Of a stretch of 64,000 bases of DNA, positions 36,841 to 51,151 are shown piece by piece. The position numbers were made by a program, and so were the translations under genes. Source of the DNA: Eledone cirrhosa (Eukaryota). The notes under the pieces were generated by a model. The model saw only the letters and a list, made by a program, of their open reading frames with translations, ran no database searches and was not told the DNA's origin. The first letter of the stretch is position 1; every line of letters starts with the position of its first letter. The stretch is taken from NCBI GenBank assembly GCA_964016885.1, contig OZ024741.1:279620001-279684000 (forward strand). Direction: 5' to 3'.

Positions 36841-37460
36841 ATGGTGGAATGTTCCAGTAAAAACCGCAATAAAATGCAGGCATAACAGACCAGATATTAT
36901 GATATGGGACAGGGAGAAGAAAGCATGCACAGTAGTGAAAGTTAGCTGTCCAGCAGATGCCAATATAATATCAAAGATTAGTGAAAAGGAGAATATTTAT
37001 GCAGAACTGATGAGAAATCTGCAGATACTCCACCCTGATTACACCTTCAGATTTATGCCTGTGATTATTGGGGCACTGGGGTATGTTAGTAACTGCCTCA
37101 ATACGAATCTTGAGAAGCTAGGCTTCACAGGAACAGAAAGAACACAACTAGTTAGGAAATTACAAGTACAATCCATTAATGGAACAGTACAAATATGTAA
37201 AACATTCCAAAAGTTTTGCATCTAATAACTGCATATACACATGTACAGATACTAAGCATATATGCATGCACACATACAACTCAAAACATACACATCCACA
37301 CATACAATAACATCCATATCTACACATGCATGCAGACATGCATACATATCTACCTAGTTGATGTTGTGTAAATTCCAATGAGAGAGTCTTGTGTCTATGT
37401 TAGAAACCGACTCTCTCTCTATTGGCAAACATTTGTGAAATTATAAAACCAGAAGAACAT
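36841..37460 (+). mobile_element. Second, shorter copy of the same R4/Dong element (RLE + 3' UTR) in opposite orientation
   Basis: Near-identical to the reverse complement of 34124-34745; ends GAAGAACATAC(ATAC)n. Confidence 0.88.
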
Positions 37461-37514
37461 ACGTACATACATACATATTTGTGTGTATGTCTTCTTTTCT
37501 GAGAAATCATTGAC

Positions 37515-38070
37515 GTGAGATTTCCCAGGCAGTGCAACCAGTACACAGTAGTGGGATTAGTATGCTTGAGGTCCACACTCTCAGGTTGGCAGAGACCTGG
37601 GCACTCTCCACGTGATGTCTCCCAGGCACTGCAACCAGTACATGGTAGTGGGATTAGTATGCATGTGGTCCACACTCTCAGGTGGGCAGAGATCTGGGCA
37701 CTTACTCAGTACATGTTCTGCAATCTGCTCTGGCAAGTCATATTGGCAAGCTGCTGATAGATGCAGCTTCCAGTGGTGCATGGCTCGATTGAATTGGCTG
37801 ACACCTGTACGTAACCAATTCAGGGACACCTACTCCCTCTGAGAGAGGTTAGTGCTTGGTGGGAGGTTGACATTCAGTTTGGCTGGTCAAGATGTCTATT
37901 GTCAGCTAGCTCTCCACATATGAAGCATGCTGAAATTTGAATTTGCCAAGAGAAAGGTCAGCATGATACCAAGAGATGTTGGTTCAGTCGCTGAGAACCC
38001 TCAGCCATGTTGGAGTGGATAACTTGGATCTATTGAGGCCTTGGTTACCTCAGTCATGTCATAGAACAGA
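37515..38070 (-). mobile_element. Ingi/Vingi-like LINE 3' fragment with a ~101-bp terminal tandem duplication
   Basis: VSLNWLRTGVSQF..MHHWKL..SAACQ..EQIAEHVLSKCP resembles the LNRLRTG..CxC..EQT..H...CP knuckle. 37520-37600 is repeated at 37621-37701. Confidence 0.55.
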
Positions 38071-38082
38071 TGACTTGGGTTT

Positions 38083-38447
38083 TTGATTTCCATGTGTCTA
38101 ACACACGTGGGCATGCCTACGAAGTAAAAAAACAGCACAGCTCCCATGACTTTCGGAAACATATTTTCACGCTCAGAGTTGCTGAAGCATGGAACAAACT
38201 ACTTGCATCAGTTATTAGCTGTCGAGACACTGCATCTTTTAAAACCCTCATGCTTCCCGAGATTCGCCAACACTACACCTGATATCCCCCCTCCATACAT
38301 ACGCACACATGTATATAATGACTCGTACACTGTCCATTTTCCTGACATTTGTACATTATTCTATGTACTATACATGCACCTTTGATGAGTTGTAGTGCAC
38401 CTGAGCACTGTACACAAGAATTTCATTATTATTATTATCATTATTAT
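38083..38447 (+). mobile_element. CR1 3' fragment (same family as 12115-14957)
   Basis: FDFHVSNTRGHAY..FRKH..RVAEAWNKL, 3' UTR and (TTA)n tail. Confidence 0.9.
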
Positions 38448-38522
38448 ACACAGACATAGACAGACACACATGCACACATTTACTTGATATATTCCATAAA
38501 TGAATTGTTATTCTATATATAT

Positions 38523-38562
<40 letters not shown>

Positions 38563-38564
<2 letters not shown>

Positions 38565-38770
38565 AAGGCGGGTAAAATTCCCGAGATCCATGGACGAGTT
38601 CTCTCCAGCGGTCTCTGTCCCTCATTATCGCTGCCCTGTCCTGCATCTCCAACAGACCAGTGTCTGTCCTTAGGGCATCAACATACGTTAACCTTGGTCT
38701 TCCTCTTCTAGTGTGTCCATGTAGGGGCTCCCAAAGGAGCACTGAGTGCAATGTCAACTCTGGATGTATA
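38563..38770 (-). mobile_element. RTE-group LINE C-terminal fragment ending in (TA)n
   Basis: LLWEPLHGHTRRGRPRLTYVDALRTDTGL..MRDRDRWRE. Confidence 0.7.
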
Positions 38771-39289
38771 TATATATATAAATATGTATATTAAGAAAAA
38801 TGAAGCTTCGTTAAAAAGAAAAAATGAATGCCTTGAAAAATACATTTAATTTTAGCTGGTGTTTGGAGCATAACTTAACAAAGGTTCTTATATAAAATGA
38901 TGGAAGTTTTTAGATGAATATAAACAATTTAAAATAAACAGCTTTTTATCAGAGAAACAAAGGTAGTTTCAGGGGGTTTGGTGTCAAAAACTTTAGCCCC
39001 CCCCCCCTCTCTTCTTTGCTACTCCCCTCTTTTTCCATACGTACCCCCCCCCCCCCCCCTCCACACACACACACACACACACACACAACCCCACTTTTCC
39101 TTATTTTTTTTTTTTTTTTGTACTTTATCTGCCTAGTTATATAAATTTTGGTAAATGTAGCTTTAGAAACAAAGATGGTTACAGGCTGTAAGGGAGACAA
39201 CTGCAAATAGCTCAATTTTAACTTGCAGTAAATTATCTATGTATTCAATTGGTCACACACGGCAAGGGTGCAGGAGCCTCTTTCTAATA

Positions 39290-39460
39290 TTTTTTGAGGC
39301 AAACCAACACACTGGCAGCGTTACCGCGGATGAGAGCGTGGCTAAGATGCTAGAACAACTAAGCATCTTCACCAGGAGCATCACCTGATATCTCGGTAAG
39401 GTGAGCAGCCAACGATGACAAGAACTTCATTGTCAGCGGCCCAGTTCCTCCAAACGTCAC
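39290..39460 (-). mobile_element. CRE-clade C-terminal fragment
   Basis: The minus strand reads GGTGPLTMKFLSSLAAHLTEISGD....LSHALIRGNAASVL, containing the CRE terminal RGNAA motif. Confidence 0.55.
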
Positions 39461-41121
39461 GTGAGTTAATCTGTGAATGTGGAGATGTTGGTTGAGATAA
39501 GATAGCGCCATAGTAGTGGTTGTCTACGTCAGCACTGATTGCACACACGCGCGAACACACTCACACACACACATATATATATATTTATACATTTGATTAA
39601 AATAACAGGAGGCCGGATTTATAATATTCCTTTAAAGTTTTATTGTTGCAAAAATCACTATGTATATTTCAACGGCCTGTTTCATGGCGATATCATCAGG
39701 TGTGGATTGAATAAATAGTTAGTCATTAGAGGAATTACGGCAAACAACAGAGAATAGAGAAAATAGGAAAAAATATTTGATTCGGAGATAGTCCGTGAAA
39801 TAGGTGTTATTGTTGCTGCCGACCATATATATACAGAGTGGCAGGGTGTAGGTTACTCAGTTCCTGATACAAAGGAGGATCGACTGAAACAAAGTTTGGG
39901 ACAATCTGCGTTCGTGAGACACCTTCAACTCACTTTTTGATCAATAGGATCAATTCGCAAGGTATCGCATAACTTCCGCAAGAGCAAAATTCTCGGGGGA
40001 TTGGGTTGTGCACCAAGCAATTGAATTATACCATATATTGAATAAATTTACAGTTTGGCGACTAAAATGATTATAATGAGTCCAACGGTTATATTTTAGT
40101 GATAAATAATTAAAACGATTGTTTATTTAGTAGCTTACTGATAGTTGTTTTCTTGCGGTGTCAGTTATATTACAATGACCGTTGTATGCTGAAAGAAGTA
40201 GCTAAATGCAGTGGAATGTTGGTGGGGGATGGGGGCTGCAGCCCACGCCCACACCCACACAAAAAAATATTGTCGGAAAATATGGTTTTGTCAGAAAACT
40301 CTTAAATTTTCAAAAAATATTGCATACTTTGCTCGTTTATTCTAATTACACGAAACATAATAGAATATGTACAATATAATAATTACTAAAGATGCCATAA
40401 TAATGGTAGGTGTGCATAAAGATGCTCCTTGGCCTTATATATTAAGTAGTAAATTGATGATCGTTTTCGTTTTTGTCTTTGCTTTGTTATTCTCAAAGAA
40501 TTGTGAGCAAATTGAAATGTTAGTTATGTATATATATATTATTTACTAAAATAAATGTAATTGTGCATTTCTTGCTTTGTACACAATGCGCATAAAAATA
40601 ATATGTTTGCATTCTACCTTATTATTATTTTCATTATTTTGAAACTAGGTTTTTAAAAAGATGTAGTAAATTTGAAGTTTCAAAATAACTTTGTATTTTT
40701 CTTTTCATATTATCAATATTTCTCTTTCTCTTGTCGATTTTTTTCTACCACTGTCAATATTTTAATGTATATGTGTATATATACATAGTACACCATATAA
40801 ATTATTAGTGTTGCTGCCTTCATAAAATATACCTCATCAAGTCTGTAAAGTGGTTGTGCTAATGTGGCAAAAAAGCACCCAGTATACTCTCTAAAATTAG
40901 TCCTTTTTGCCGGAAAATTAGTCATTTTTATAGAAAAATTATGAATGTCTGCACCTCCAACAATGATAGAAACAATACGCTTATGGTTAAATGGAATGCG
41001 GAGTCAAGTGATGCATAAAAATGCATGGAACAGTCTAGGGGAGATAAACACAGCTTGAAGAGTTACGTCCCTTGATATTGTCTTTTGACAAGAAATATGT
41101 TTGAAACGCATTGGTTTGTAT

Positions 41122-41500
41122 TAATAATAATGAAATTAATAATAATAATAATGAAATTATTGTGTACAGTGCTCAGGTGCACTACAACTCGTCAAAGGTG
41201 CATGTATAGTACATAGAATAATACACAAATGTCAGGGAAGTGAATAGTGTATGAGTCATGGTATACATGTGTGTATGTGTATGGAGGGGGAATATTAGGT
41301 GTAGTGTTGGCGAATCTCGGGAAGCATGGAGGCCTTAAAGGATGCAGTGTCTCAACAGCTAACAAGTGATGCAGGTAGTTTGTTCCATGCTTCAGCAACT
41401 CTGAGCGTGAAAAATTGTTTCCGAAAGTTATGGGAACTGTGCTGTTTTCTGACTTTGTGGGTATGTCCACGTGTGTTAGACACATGGAAATCAAAAAGGT
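41122..41500 (-). mobile_element. CR1 3' fragment
   Basis: Reverse complement of the CR1 3' end with a (TAA)n tail on the plus strand. A shorter copy lies at 49661-49830. Confidence 0.88.
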
Positions 41501-42927
41501 ACTCATGTCATCTTCGGTGAAATAATTAAAAGAAAAAGGCAAATAAAGTGGTAAGAGAAATTATTCACATCCGTCTAATAGACATACAGAAATTTTATTT
41601 TAGCAAATGTAAAATAGGAAATTCTTGCGCTCTATATTTATTTTAGTCATAAATATATGCAAGAATACACAGACTCCCACCATCGTCCTTGGATGTGCAG
41701 AACCCCAGGTGTATGGCGCCTCATAGAAGCGTTACTTAAAAGGATAGCGAGAACAAACACATTGAAACAGCTATTCTAATAGCAGCGAGTAGGGAGATTT
41801 ACTCATTGACTTTGAGTTTGAGCAGTAAATAAATGACTCAGTAAGAGAAACAATCAGAGATGATACGAGTAGCAATTGGGAAAGTTTGTCTTTCTGGAGA
41901 GAAAAGTTGCTTTGGACATGTATAGGTGATGTTGTAAAGACGGGTGTTGCTGGCCATTATCCACGGAAATGCCTTTGCCATTTTGTCCAAGGGGCACAGC
42001 CGAAACACCACTCTGACCTAGTTGAAGAGTCTGTCACCCCCTCCCCTTCCCTCTTTCTTTCTTTTTTTTGTTTTGTAGTCCTTGCTCTTTCCCTTCTTTT
42101 CATCTCATTTATAGCATTTATAGTCTTTTCCAATGCTGCTTTCTTTTTCTCTATGCCCCCACAAAATATATACACTCTTTGATTACCTATACAGGCAACA
42201 CATTAGAATGCACAGCCTTTCCCCAAAATAAAATGATCTACAGACATAATTCAATTGTATGTAACACCCAAAAATGTTTACATAATTTAAATAAATGTTT
42301 CTACTTTAGGCACAAGGCCAGCAATGACCCTAGTGTATTACTGGTGCTTTATTTTATCAACCCCGTAAGGATGAAAGGCAAAACTAACCTCGGCAGAATT
42401 TGAACATAAAGGGCCGTAACTCTCTACTGCAAAGCATGGTGTCTGATGCTCTATTGATACTGCCAATCCACCACCCTTAAATAATGGTTTCTTATATACG
42501 CACAAGGCCAGCAATTTGGGGGAGGGGAAAGTCGATTAAATCGCCCCTGGTGCCTGCCTGGTACTTTATTTTATCGACCCCTTAAAGATGAAAGGCAAAG
42601 TTAGCCTGATCGCCCTTAAATAATGAATATAAAACAATTTATTTTAATGCATTTTTTAAAGATTTTTTGTGTATACATTTTTTTTGGGGGGGGACACCCT
42701 ATATATATGCAAAACTTATCAATCACTAATTTCTCCTTAGCTGTCAAATTCAACTCCAGTCTAACACAGAATGTCATTTTTGTTATCCTGCAGTCAACAA
42801 CCCTACCTGCAACACATCTTATTGCTAATCTTTCAAATGCCTTTGGTCACAAACTACTAAGTCTGTTCCCCCTCCCCCTCTCTCTCCCTCAGTCTCTCTC
42901 ACACACGCACTCTCTCTCTCACTCTCA

Positions 42928-42968
<41 letters not shown>

Positions 42969-44419
42969 AAGTACAATTGTTGCTACACTACCTTGTGTTT
43001 TAATGCGTTATTGTGTTATTATTGATATGTTGTATACTGATCCCTCATCTAACACACACATACACACACACAAATACACACACACACAAATACACACATA
43101 CACATACACACATAAACACACAAACACACATGCACACACAAACACACACACACAGAAACAAACACAAACACACACACTAACACCTTTTGCTACCAAACAC
43201 CTGGCTCAAACAATGACCCACCCACTCCATTCCACCCATCACCACTTAGCATCAGAGTCACAACAACAATCTCTCATGATACTTGATGATATTGTAATAT
43301 TTTATCAGAAGACATGACTTGGCTGACCCTACTAGAGCCCCTTCAACGCACATCCTCAACTATTTTAGAAAGAGTAATTCTTAATATCACTAAACTAGAC
43401 ATCTACTCTCCGGTCCCAAATAATAGGGAGGGGTTGAAATAAGGGTGGAAAATCGATAATTTTTCTAGGTTGTCTTCCTTGATTCTTAAAAAACAAACAG
43501 AATTAGTTGTTTAGTTTACATATTGGAAACCCCCCCCCTCCTATTTATTTGATAACATATGGGATTTCTTGTAATATTCGTTTTTTCTCATGTATAATCT
43601 TTACTTTATATATACTATTGTATTTTCATGGTAAACACTTTATTTCACATAATATTGAATGTACGAGATTTTGATATTATTTATTTTGAGAACAATGACT
43701 TAACATCAGTATGAGTGGCCAGTTATGGCCGGTTTGAACAGAAAAAGGTGAGAGAATTCTGGCCTGATATGGCCGGTTTAAATGCTAAAGTGTTAGAAAC
43801 TGGATGAATATTAATAATTACTTTCATACAATAAACTATTGATTTCAAAAGAAATAAATCATTTAATGGAGAATTTGTAGGACTAAAGCAATTGCACAAA
43901 TGGGGAGAATTTGATGCAGATAGCTATTTAAGATTTTTGCTGTTAATATTTGCAAAATTATGTGTATAGTTGAAATTTAATTTAACATTATTCAAAGATT
44001 TACACATAAAAATTACTGTTCATACAAACTTAGTCATAGTTATTTTCTTCGATATAACCTGAAATTTAAAAACTGATAAATACTACCCAGTTAATAATTC
44101 TGTTACCGTATTTCTAATGTAAGACACTGCTTACGTGTTTCAAATAATTTTGAAAATAACCAAGAATTTTTATGGATATAGTAAAATACCTAACCTTGTC
44201 ATTATTAAATTTGTGTTGGGAAAATAACTTAACAAAAAGTTCTTACATAAAAATTATCAAGAAAGGTTTTAATTTAAATATATATAATGTAAAATGAGAT
44301 GGACAATCTCAGGCAGGTTGTTATTGAAAGAGTTAAGAATCTAAATGGAAAGTGAAAGTACATAAATATTGCTTCAAAGCATTTGCCTACCTTTATAAAT
44401 AATTCACTAATGTTTGTAT

Positions 44420-44830
44420 AGGATACAAAAAACAAAGGTGTTTCTGGCCTGTATAGAAACAATATTTCTGTACGGTTTGGAGTTGTGGATGCTGCAAGAG
44501 ATTCAATGGTACATACAGCAGAATGCTATGCTCAGCATACATCTCCTGGAGGCGTCATCTAACAAACAAGTTTCTGTATTGATATCTACCTCATATCTCT
44601 AATGTTGCGAGGCATCGTTTTCTGGCCCATGCTGGCCATATCATTCACCATGATGAACCCACTGGAAGATTGCTCCTCTGGGCTCTGGATGCTAAGAGAT
44701 CAGTTGGCCAACTGTATATCATCTTGAAATCAATCAAGATGGACACAGGCCTCAAAGGAACAGATCTGCATGCTGCAATGGTCGACCGAAGACTTTGGAG
44801 CTCAAACTTTGTCCATACCTCACCACCACC
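44420..44830 (+). mobile_element. Decayed RTE-group LINE 3' fragment
   Basis: KTKVFLACIETIFLYGLELW..; paralog of 15265-15612. Confidence 0.55.
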
Positions 44831-45700
44831 TTAATCTCTTCAGTGTCGTAAACAAGTTAACTCATCGTAACATGTATGCATTCCAGTGCCACGGATGAGA
44901 TAACTTGTCCTAACATGTTAGAACTTTTTTCTAACTATCCACAACTTCAAAGTTATGAAATCGTTTCCAACAGTTCATAACTTCAAAGCTAGATGGGGTT
45001 ACTAGTTTATTGATGTGACATTTGTCAATCATTCAGATATGAGTTGTTAATAAATGTTTGTTTAAAAAATAGTAATTTTACTGAAAAAAAAACCCAGCAC
45101 AGAAACTGTAGCTGTGTAAAAGATATGTGGCAGTCAACAGGTTAAGGCACTGGATGACTCAAGAAGAAGTTAGTATAGTTATCCAGTATTTCATCTGATT
45201 TATCTTTCTTCAACAAAGTAATCTCTTATTATAATGAAGTTTTTCAAAATGGCTACTGACTGAATATTGGATAACCTTGCATATTACATGTTACAATACT
45301 TTTTTGTTAAATACTTTTTTGTTGTTAACATACATCGCATACACCAAGGATTATATTTCATAAGTAATTTTTTAAAAAATCAGTCAATTCATTTATTTTA
45401 TTGCTTGAGAATCAATAAAACAGGAAACTTAGATTTTCAATATGGGAAATTTTTCAAAATAGAATAATTGTTATGTTACTCTACTTCATTATATTGAGTT
45501 CCTTTTTTTCTCTGGACCTGTTTACATAGTAGCGTATCCCTCAGCCCTTCCCCTCTCCTCATATATATATATATATACATGTAGGTGTATCATATGATCA
45601 TTCTAATGCATATTCATGCTCATTTTTGCATTCAGACACACACACTGACATATGCACACACATGCACATATACAGATACCCACTCACACACACACACATG

Positions 45701-45731
<31 letters not shown>

Positions 45732-46222
45732 TCACATACACACACTCACACACATCCACACATTCACATTAAAAAAAATTTTTTTCAAGACGTGAAAAAA
45801 TATGAATTACAAAGTGGACAATATAGCTGTAGAATTTGAGATACTGTTTAGAATAAAGTCTGATTTGTTTCCCTTCAGTTATAGTTATTATATTATATAT
45901 ATTTTATATCTTTTTTATTATGTTATGTATATTTTATAAATTTTTTATTATGTTATACATATATATTTGTTATTATATTGCATATATTTTATATAATGTT
46001 ATGTTATATATGTTTTTATTATATTATACATATTATATATATATATTTATTATGTTATATATTATATTATATATATTTCATATATATTTTCTATTATGTT
46101 ATATATTATGTTATATATATTTTTTTATTATATGATATATATTTTGTACATATTTTTAATGATGAGATAAAAAACAAAATGAGAGCATAGTAAAAAGTAA
46201 ATGGCACATATTTTCTTTTTTA

Positions 46223-46268
<46 letters not shown>

Positions 46269-46959
46269 CCACCATCACCATCACCATCATCATCATCATC
46301 ATCATCATTTTTGTATTTTGATTGGCTAATGCTGTCCTCCATTTTAAAATGCCTGACATTAAAAAGTGAAATGTAGGAGTAATGACGTCAGGATGGTTAT
46401 TTTTTAGTTATATATTTTTCAATTTTTTAATAAAAACACTAGATTTATAGCTGAAAACTAAACTTAGAAGACCTCCATTAGGCTTTCAGTCTATCAAAGT
46501 GTCGGTATTACGTCATGATTAATATTGATTCTATGGCAGTGTGGAGGACTAAATTATTTCTGCTTTTTCATCCATCCATCTATTTGCTGAATTCAAATTC
46601 TATTGGAATCACCTCAGACTTTTATCTTTATAGGATCAATCAATAAATATAAGTAGCAGTTATATACTAAAAGTTGAATCAAGAAATGTGGGAGGTTTTG
46701 TGCTGTCAGAAATGGCATTTTTTAATATTTCTTGCTTAGGCACAAGACCACATACATATTAGAAGCAGGAACATTGAATTGTGTGTGATATGCATTTATC
46801 GATATAGCATTGGTTAAGGTAGAGAAGTAAAAGTAACATAGCTATGAACTGATTGGTTATTGATTTTACTCTACAACACTTTCCATTACCTACATTTACC
46901 TGGGTTTATTTGTAATAGTATGAATAATCAATTGATGCATCTTGATCATGATGATGATC

Positions 46960-47262
46960 ATCATCATCATCATTTAATGTCTGCTTTCCTTGATGTAAGG
47001 TCGTCGTGCTGGTGATACGACAAAAAGCACCCAGTCTACCCTGTAAAGTGGTCATGCTGATGCCATGGCAAAAAGCACCCTGTCCATACTGTAACATGGT
47101 TGTCATTAGGAAGAGCACTCAACCATAGAAACCAAGCCAAAATTCAGATCCATATGAGCAATAGATGGTACCTGACTTGATTTATCTCATAACATGTCAA
47201 CCTATCTAACCCATGCAAGCATGGAAAAATAGACATTAAACGATGATGATGATGATGATGAT
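46960..47262 (+). mobile_element. RTE-tail repeat
   Basis: Ends 'aacccatgcaagcatggaaaa..gacattaaacgatgatgatg'. Confidence 0.6.
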
Positions 47263-47315
47263 ATATATATATTAATTAAAAGTTAAAGTTAAAATCTGTC
47301 CCAAACTTGGAGGCT

Positions 47316-48890
47316 CATCATCATCATCACCGTTTTACGTCCGTTCTTCCACGCTAGCATGGGTTAGACGGGTTGTCCTGTTGTGGGCAGTGTCTGGTCG
47401 GCTGACCATACCTTGCTCATACAGGAACTGATTTGGCTTGATTTCTACAGCTGGATGCCCTTCCTAACACCAACCTCATATACAGTGAGTGCTGGGTGCT
47501 TTTTCGTGGCGCCTACACGTCCACTTTACAGTGTGGGCTGGGTGCTTTTTTGCCGTGGCACCTCCACGACCACCTTGCGGTGGGAGGGTGTGGGGGCATA
47601 TTGTCTATATGCTTCAGCTTGTACCCATGGGAGGTCGGGTACTCTGTATTACTGCGTGACGCCAGAGGTCACGGTCGTGTGTCATCGCCTTTGAGAGGTG
47701 TAATTGGGTAAGGTCGGCTTTTATCACCTCATCCCAGGTCATCTTGGATCTCCCCACTCCGTGGTTTCCATCGACTTCTAGTGCTCTGCACCTTTTTATG
47801 CAGCTGTCATCCTTCATACGCATCACATGTCCATACCAACGCAACTGTCTCTCCTGCATACAGCATTTGATTCCTCTTATGCTCAGTCTCTCTCTCAATT
47901 CATTTATACTTTGCCGTTCGCGTATATTACTATTACACATCCATCGGAGCATGCAGGCTTCATTTCTCTCTAATCTACGTAAGTCTTCCACCTTCAGCGC
48001 CCAGGTCTCACTACCATGTAACATTGCTGTTCGGATACACGCATCTTACAGTCTGCCTTTCATTTTGAGGGAGAAGCCTTTTGCAGCTAGCAGTGGCAGT
48101 AGTTCCCTGAACTTCTTCCATCCCGTTCTTACCCTAGTTATTGTACTTTCTGAACACCCACCTCCGCTGCTAATTCGGTCACCTAGGTAGCAGAAGCTGT
48201 CTACTGTCTCTACAGAGCCCTCCCAGAGATTGGTGGTACTTGTTTCCTGTGGCTGTTTGCTGCTTGCTGTCCCAGTACAGCTGCTGTATGTGAAGCCTAC
48301 ATTCTTAATTAAGCTTCCTGAGATCCTGCTACATCTCTTGTGTACCCATTGTTTGCATTTGGGGCAGAGAATGGAGTTCCTACCTACATCTTTCCTACAT
48401 ACTGAGCAAGGCCATTTCCCTGAGGGGATCTGGGTTCTGTTTCCTCGTCTACTTACAAGGACCTTAGTCTTTGTCATGTTGACTTTGAGACCCTTTCTTT
48501 CTAGTCCCTGCTTTCAAATTTGGAATTTCTTCTCTAGTTCTACCATAGATTCAGCTATAAGTGCGAGGTCATCAGCATACAGGAGTTCCCATGGGCATCC
48601 GGTCTTAAACTCCGCCGTTATTGCCTGCAGGACTATGATGAACAGGAGAGGGCTAAGAACAGAGCCCTGGTGGACACCAACCTGTACGCTAAATTCCTCG
48701 CTATACTCATTGCTAATCCTAACTTTGCTGACTGCTCCCCTATACATGGCTTGTACAGCTTTCACAGGCCATTCATCTACTCCTAGTTTTCTAAGAGCCC
48801 ACCAGATTACAGCACGTGGAACTCTGTCAAAGGCTTTCTCGAGATCGACGAATGCCAGGTAGAGTGGCTTTTCCTGTAACTGCCTCACAA
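47316..48890 (-). mobile_element. RTE LINE, 5'-truncated (RT with PHD finger)
   Basis: FVDLEKAFD, GVHQGSVLSP, LLYADD, GKWPCSVCRKDVGRNSILCPKCKQWVHKRC, FCYLGD and WYGHV; (GAT)n tail. Confidence 0.92.
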
Positions 48891-49174
48891 GGAAGAGGGC
48901 ATCAGTGGTGCCTCTTCATCATGCTCAAGGTTTCATTGACATTAAGCAACTGCTGGACAGGATGCCCGTCCATCACAAAGTTAAACCCCCTAGCTGTTGC
49001 AGGTACTCATTTTCAGCTGAGTATACTGGAGTTATGTGAAATGAAGTGCCTTGCTCAACAACACAATGTACCACTTGGTGCAAGAATAGAACCCATTACA
49101 TTATGATTGTAAGTTGAACACACTAACCACTTGGCTGCATGCATTCACATGCACACACACACATACACACATAC

Positions 49175-49255
49175 TCCCTCTCTCTCTCTTTATCTCTCCC
49201 ATACTCACACATACACTTTCTCTCTCTCTCTCTCTCCCATACTCACACATACACT

Positions 49256-49300
<45 letters not shown>

Positions 49301-49315
49301 ATACTCACACATACA

Positions 49316-49358
<43 letters not shown>

Positions 49359-49373
49359 ATACTCACACATACA

Positions 49374-49426
<53 letters not shown>

Positions 49427-49570
49427 ATACTCACACATACACTTTCTCTCTCTCTCTCTTTCTCTCTTCCATACTCACACATACACTTTTTCTCTCTCTC
49501 TCTCTCTTTCTCTCTTCCATACTCACACATACACTTTTTCTCTCTCTCTCTCTCCCCCATACTCACACAT

Positions 49571-49644
<74 letters not shown>

Positions 49645-49660
49645 ATACTCACAGATACAC
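49175..49660. repeat. Minisatellite of (CT)n + CCCATACTCACACATACAC units
   Basis: About 9 units, seen directly. Confidence 0.9.
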
Positions 49661-49898
49661 AATAATAATAATGAAATTATTGTGTACTGTGCTCAGGTGC
49701 ACTACAACTCGTCAAAGGTGCATGTATAGTACATAGGGTAATGTACAAATGTCAGGAAAGTGAACAGTGTATGAGTCATGGTATACATGTGTGTATGTGT
49801 ATGGAGGGGGAACATTAGGTGTAGTGTTAGGGAACATTAGGTGTAGTCTCTCTCTCTCTCTCTCTGTCTCTCTTTCTCTCTCCCATACTCACACATAC

Positions 49899-49959
<61 letters not shown>

Positions 49960-50757
49960 TGCATATTACATTTGAACACAGCTGTGTCTATAATATAACA
50001 TGCTTGAAAGGTAAGTTATTAACTACTTATATACACACACACACACAGACACACACGCAGAGACATAGACACACACACACAGAGACATAGACACACACAC
50101 ACACAGACACACACAGACACACAAGCACGCATAGAGAGAGATAGACACACACACATAGAGAGACAAACACAGACACAGATACACATATATGTAACAGTGC
50201 ACGGTACTTATATGACCAGCCCTGGAAGATATAGCCAGATGAAAATAAACACTAACATAAATTATTTGTTATTAAAAAGGAAATGTATAAACTTTATTTC
50301 AAATGAATTATATCTTGTTTAGAATTTATAAAAGGAGGTACAGTAAAGGGCCTTAACTCCTGATGGGGTTGTAGGGGTTGGGTGGGCATCCTAACATATG
50401 GAGCATCTCAGGTATTTTAAACCTGGTTGAAACAGCCAATATTTTTCTGAGAGAGAGAGAGAGAGAATCCCTGTACTAGACTGGCACTTATTTATCAACC
50501 TCAAAAGAATGATAGATAAAGTTGAGTTGGGCAGGATTTGAATTCAGAGTACAGTAAGCCAGAACAAATACTGAGGCTTTTCTAAGATGATGCCTTAATG
50601 ACTCTGCCATTTCACCACCTCTATAAAAGAAACAAATCAATAAAAAAGAAAGAATCAGAAAGAAGAAAAATAAAGGAAAAAATTAAACAAGAGAAGACAT
50701 TCACAACTTAATTTCACACTACACCAGAGAATGTTGTTTCATCATCATCATCATTAT

Positions 50758-50796
<39 letters not shown>

Positions 50797-51109
50797 CACC
50801 ATTTTATGTCCATTCTTCCACACTAGCATGGGTTAAGAAGTCATATACAACTTAATTCCACATTACACCAGAGAATGTTGGTGTTTCCACTTTAAGAAGT
50901 CATGTACAACTTAATTCCATTCTACAACAGAGAATGTTGGTGTTTCCACTTTAAGAAGACATTTGTCGTGGTAGTGAAGACAATTGTGGTGGTAGTGATG
51001 ATGTGGTTGGCGTGGTTGAGGCTAGCTAGAGTTGTAGTAGCGCTAGTGGTGGTATGACGATTTCAGTAGTTTATGGTTTAAACAATTTGGACAATAAACG
51101 ATATATATA

Positions 51110-51151
<42 letters not shown>

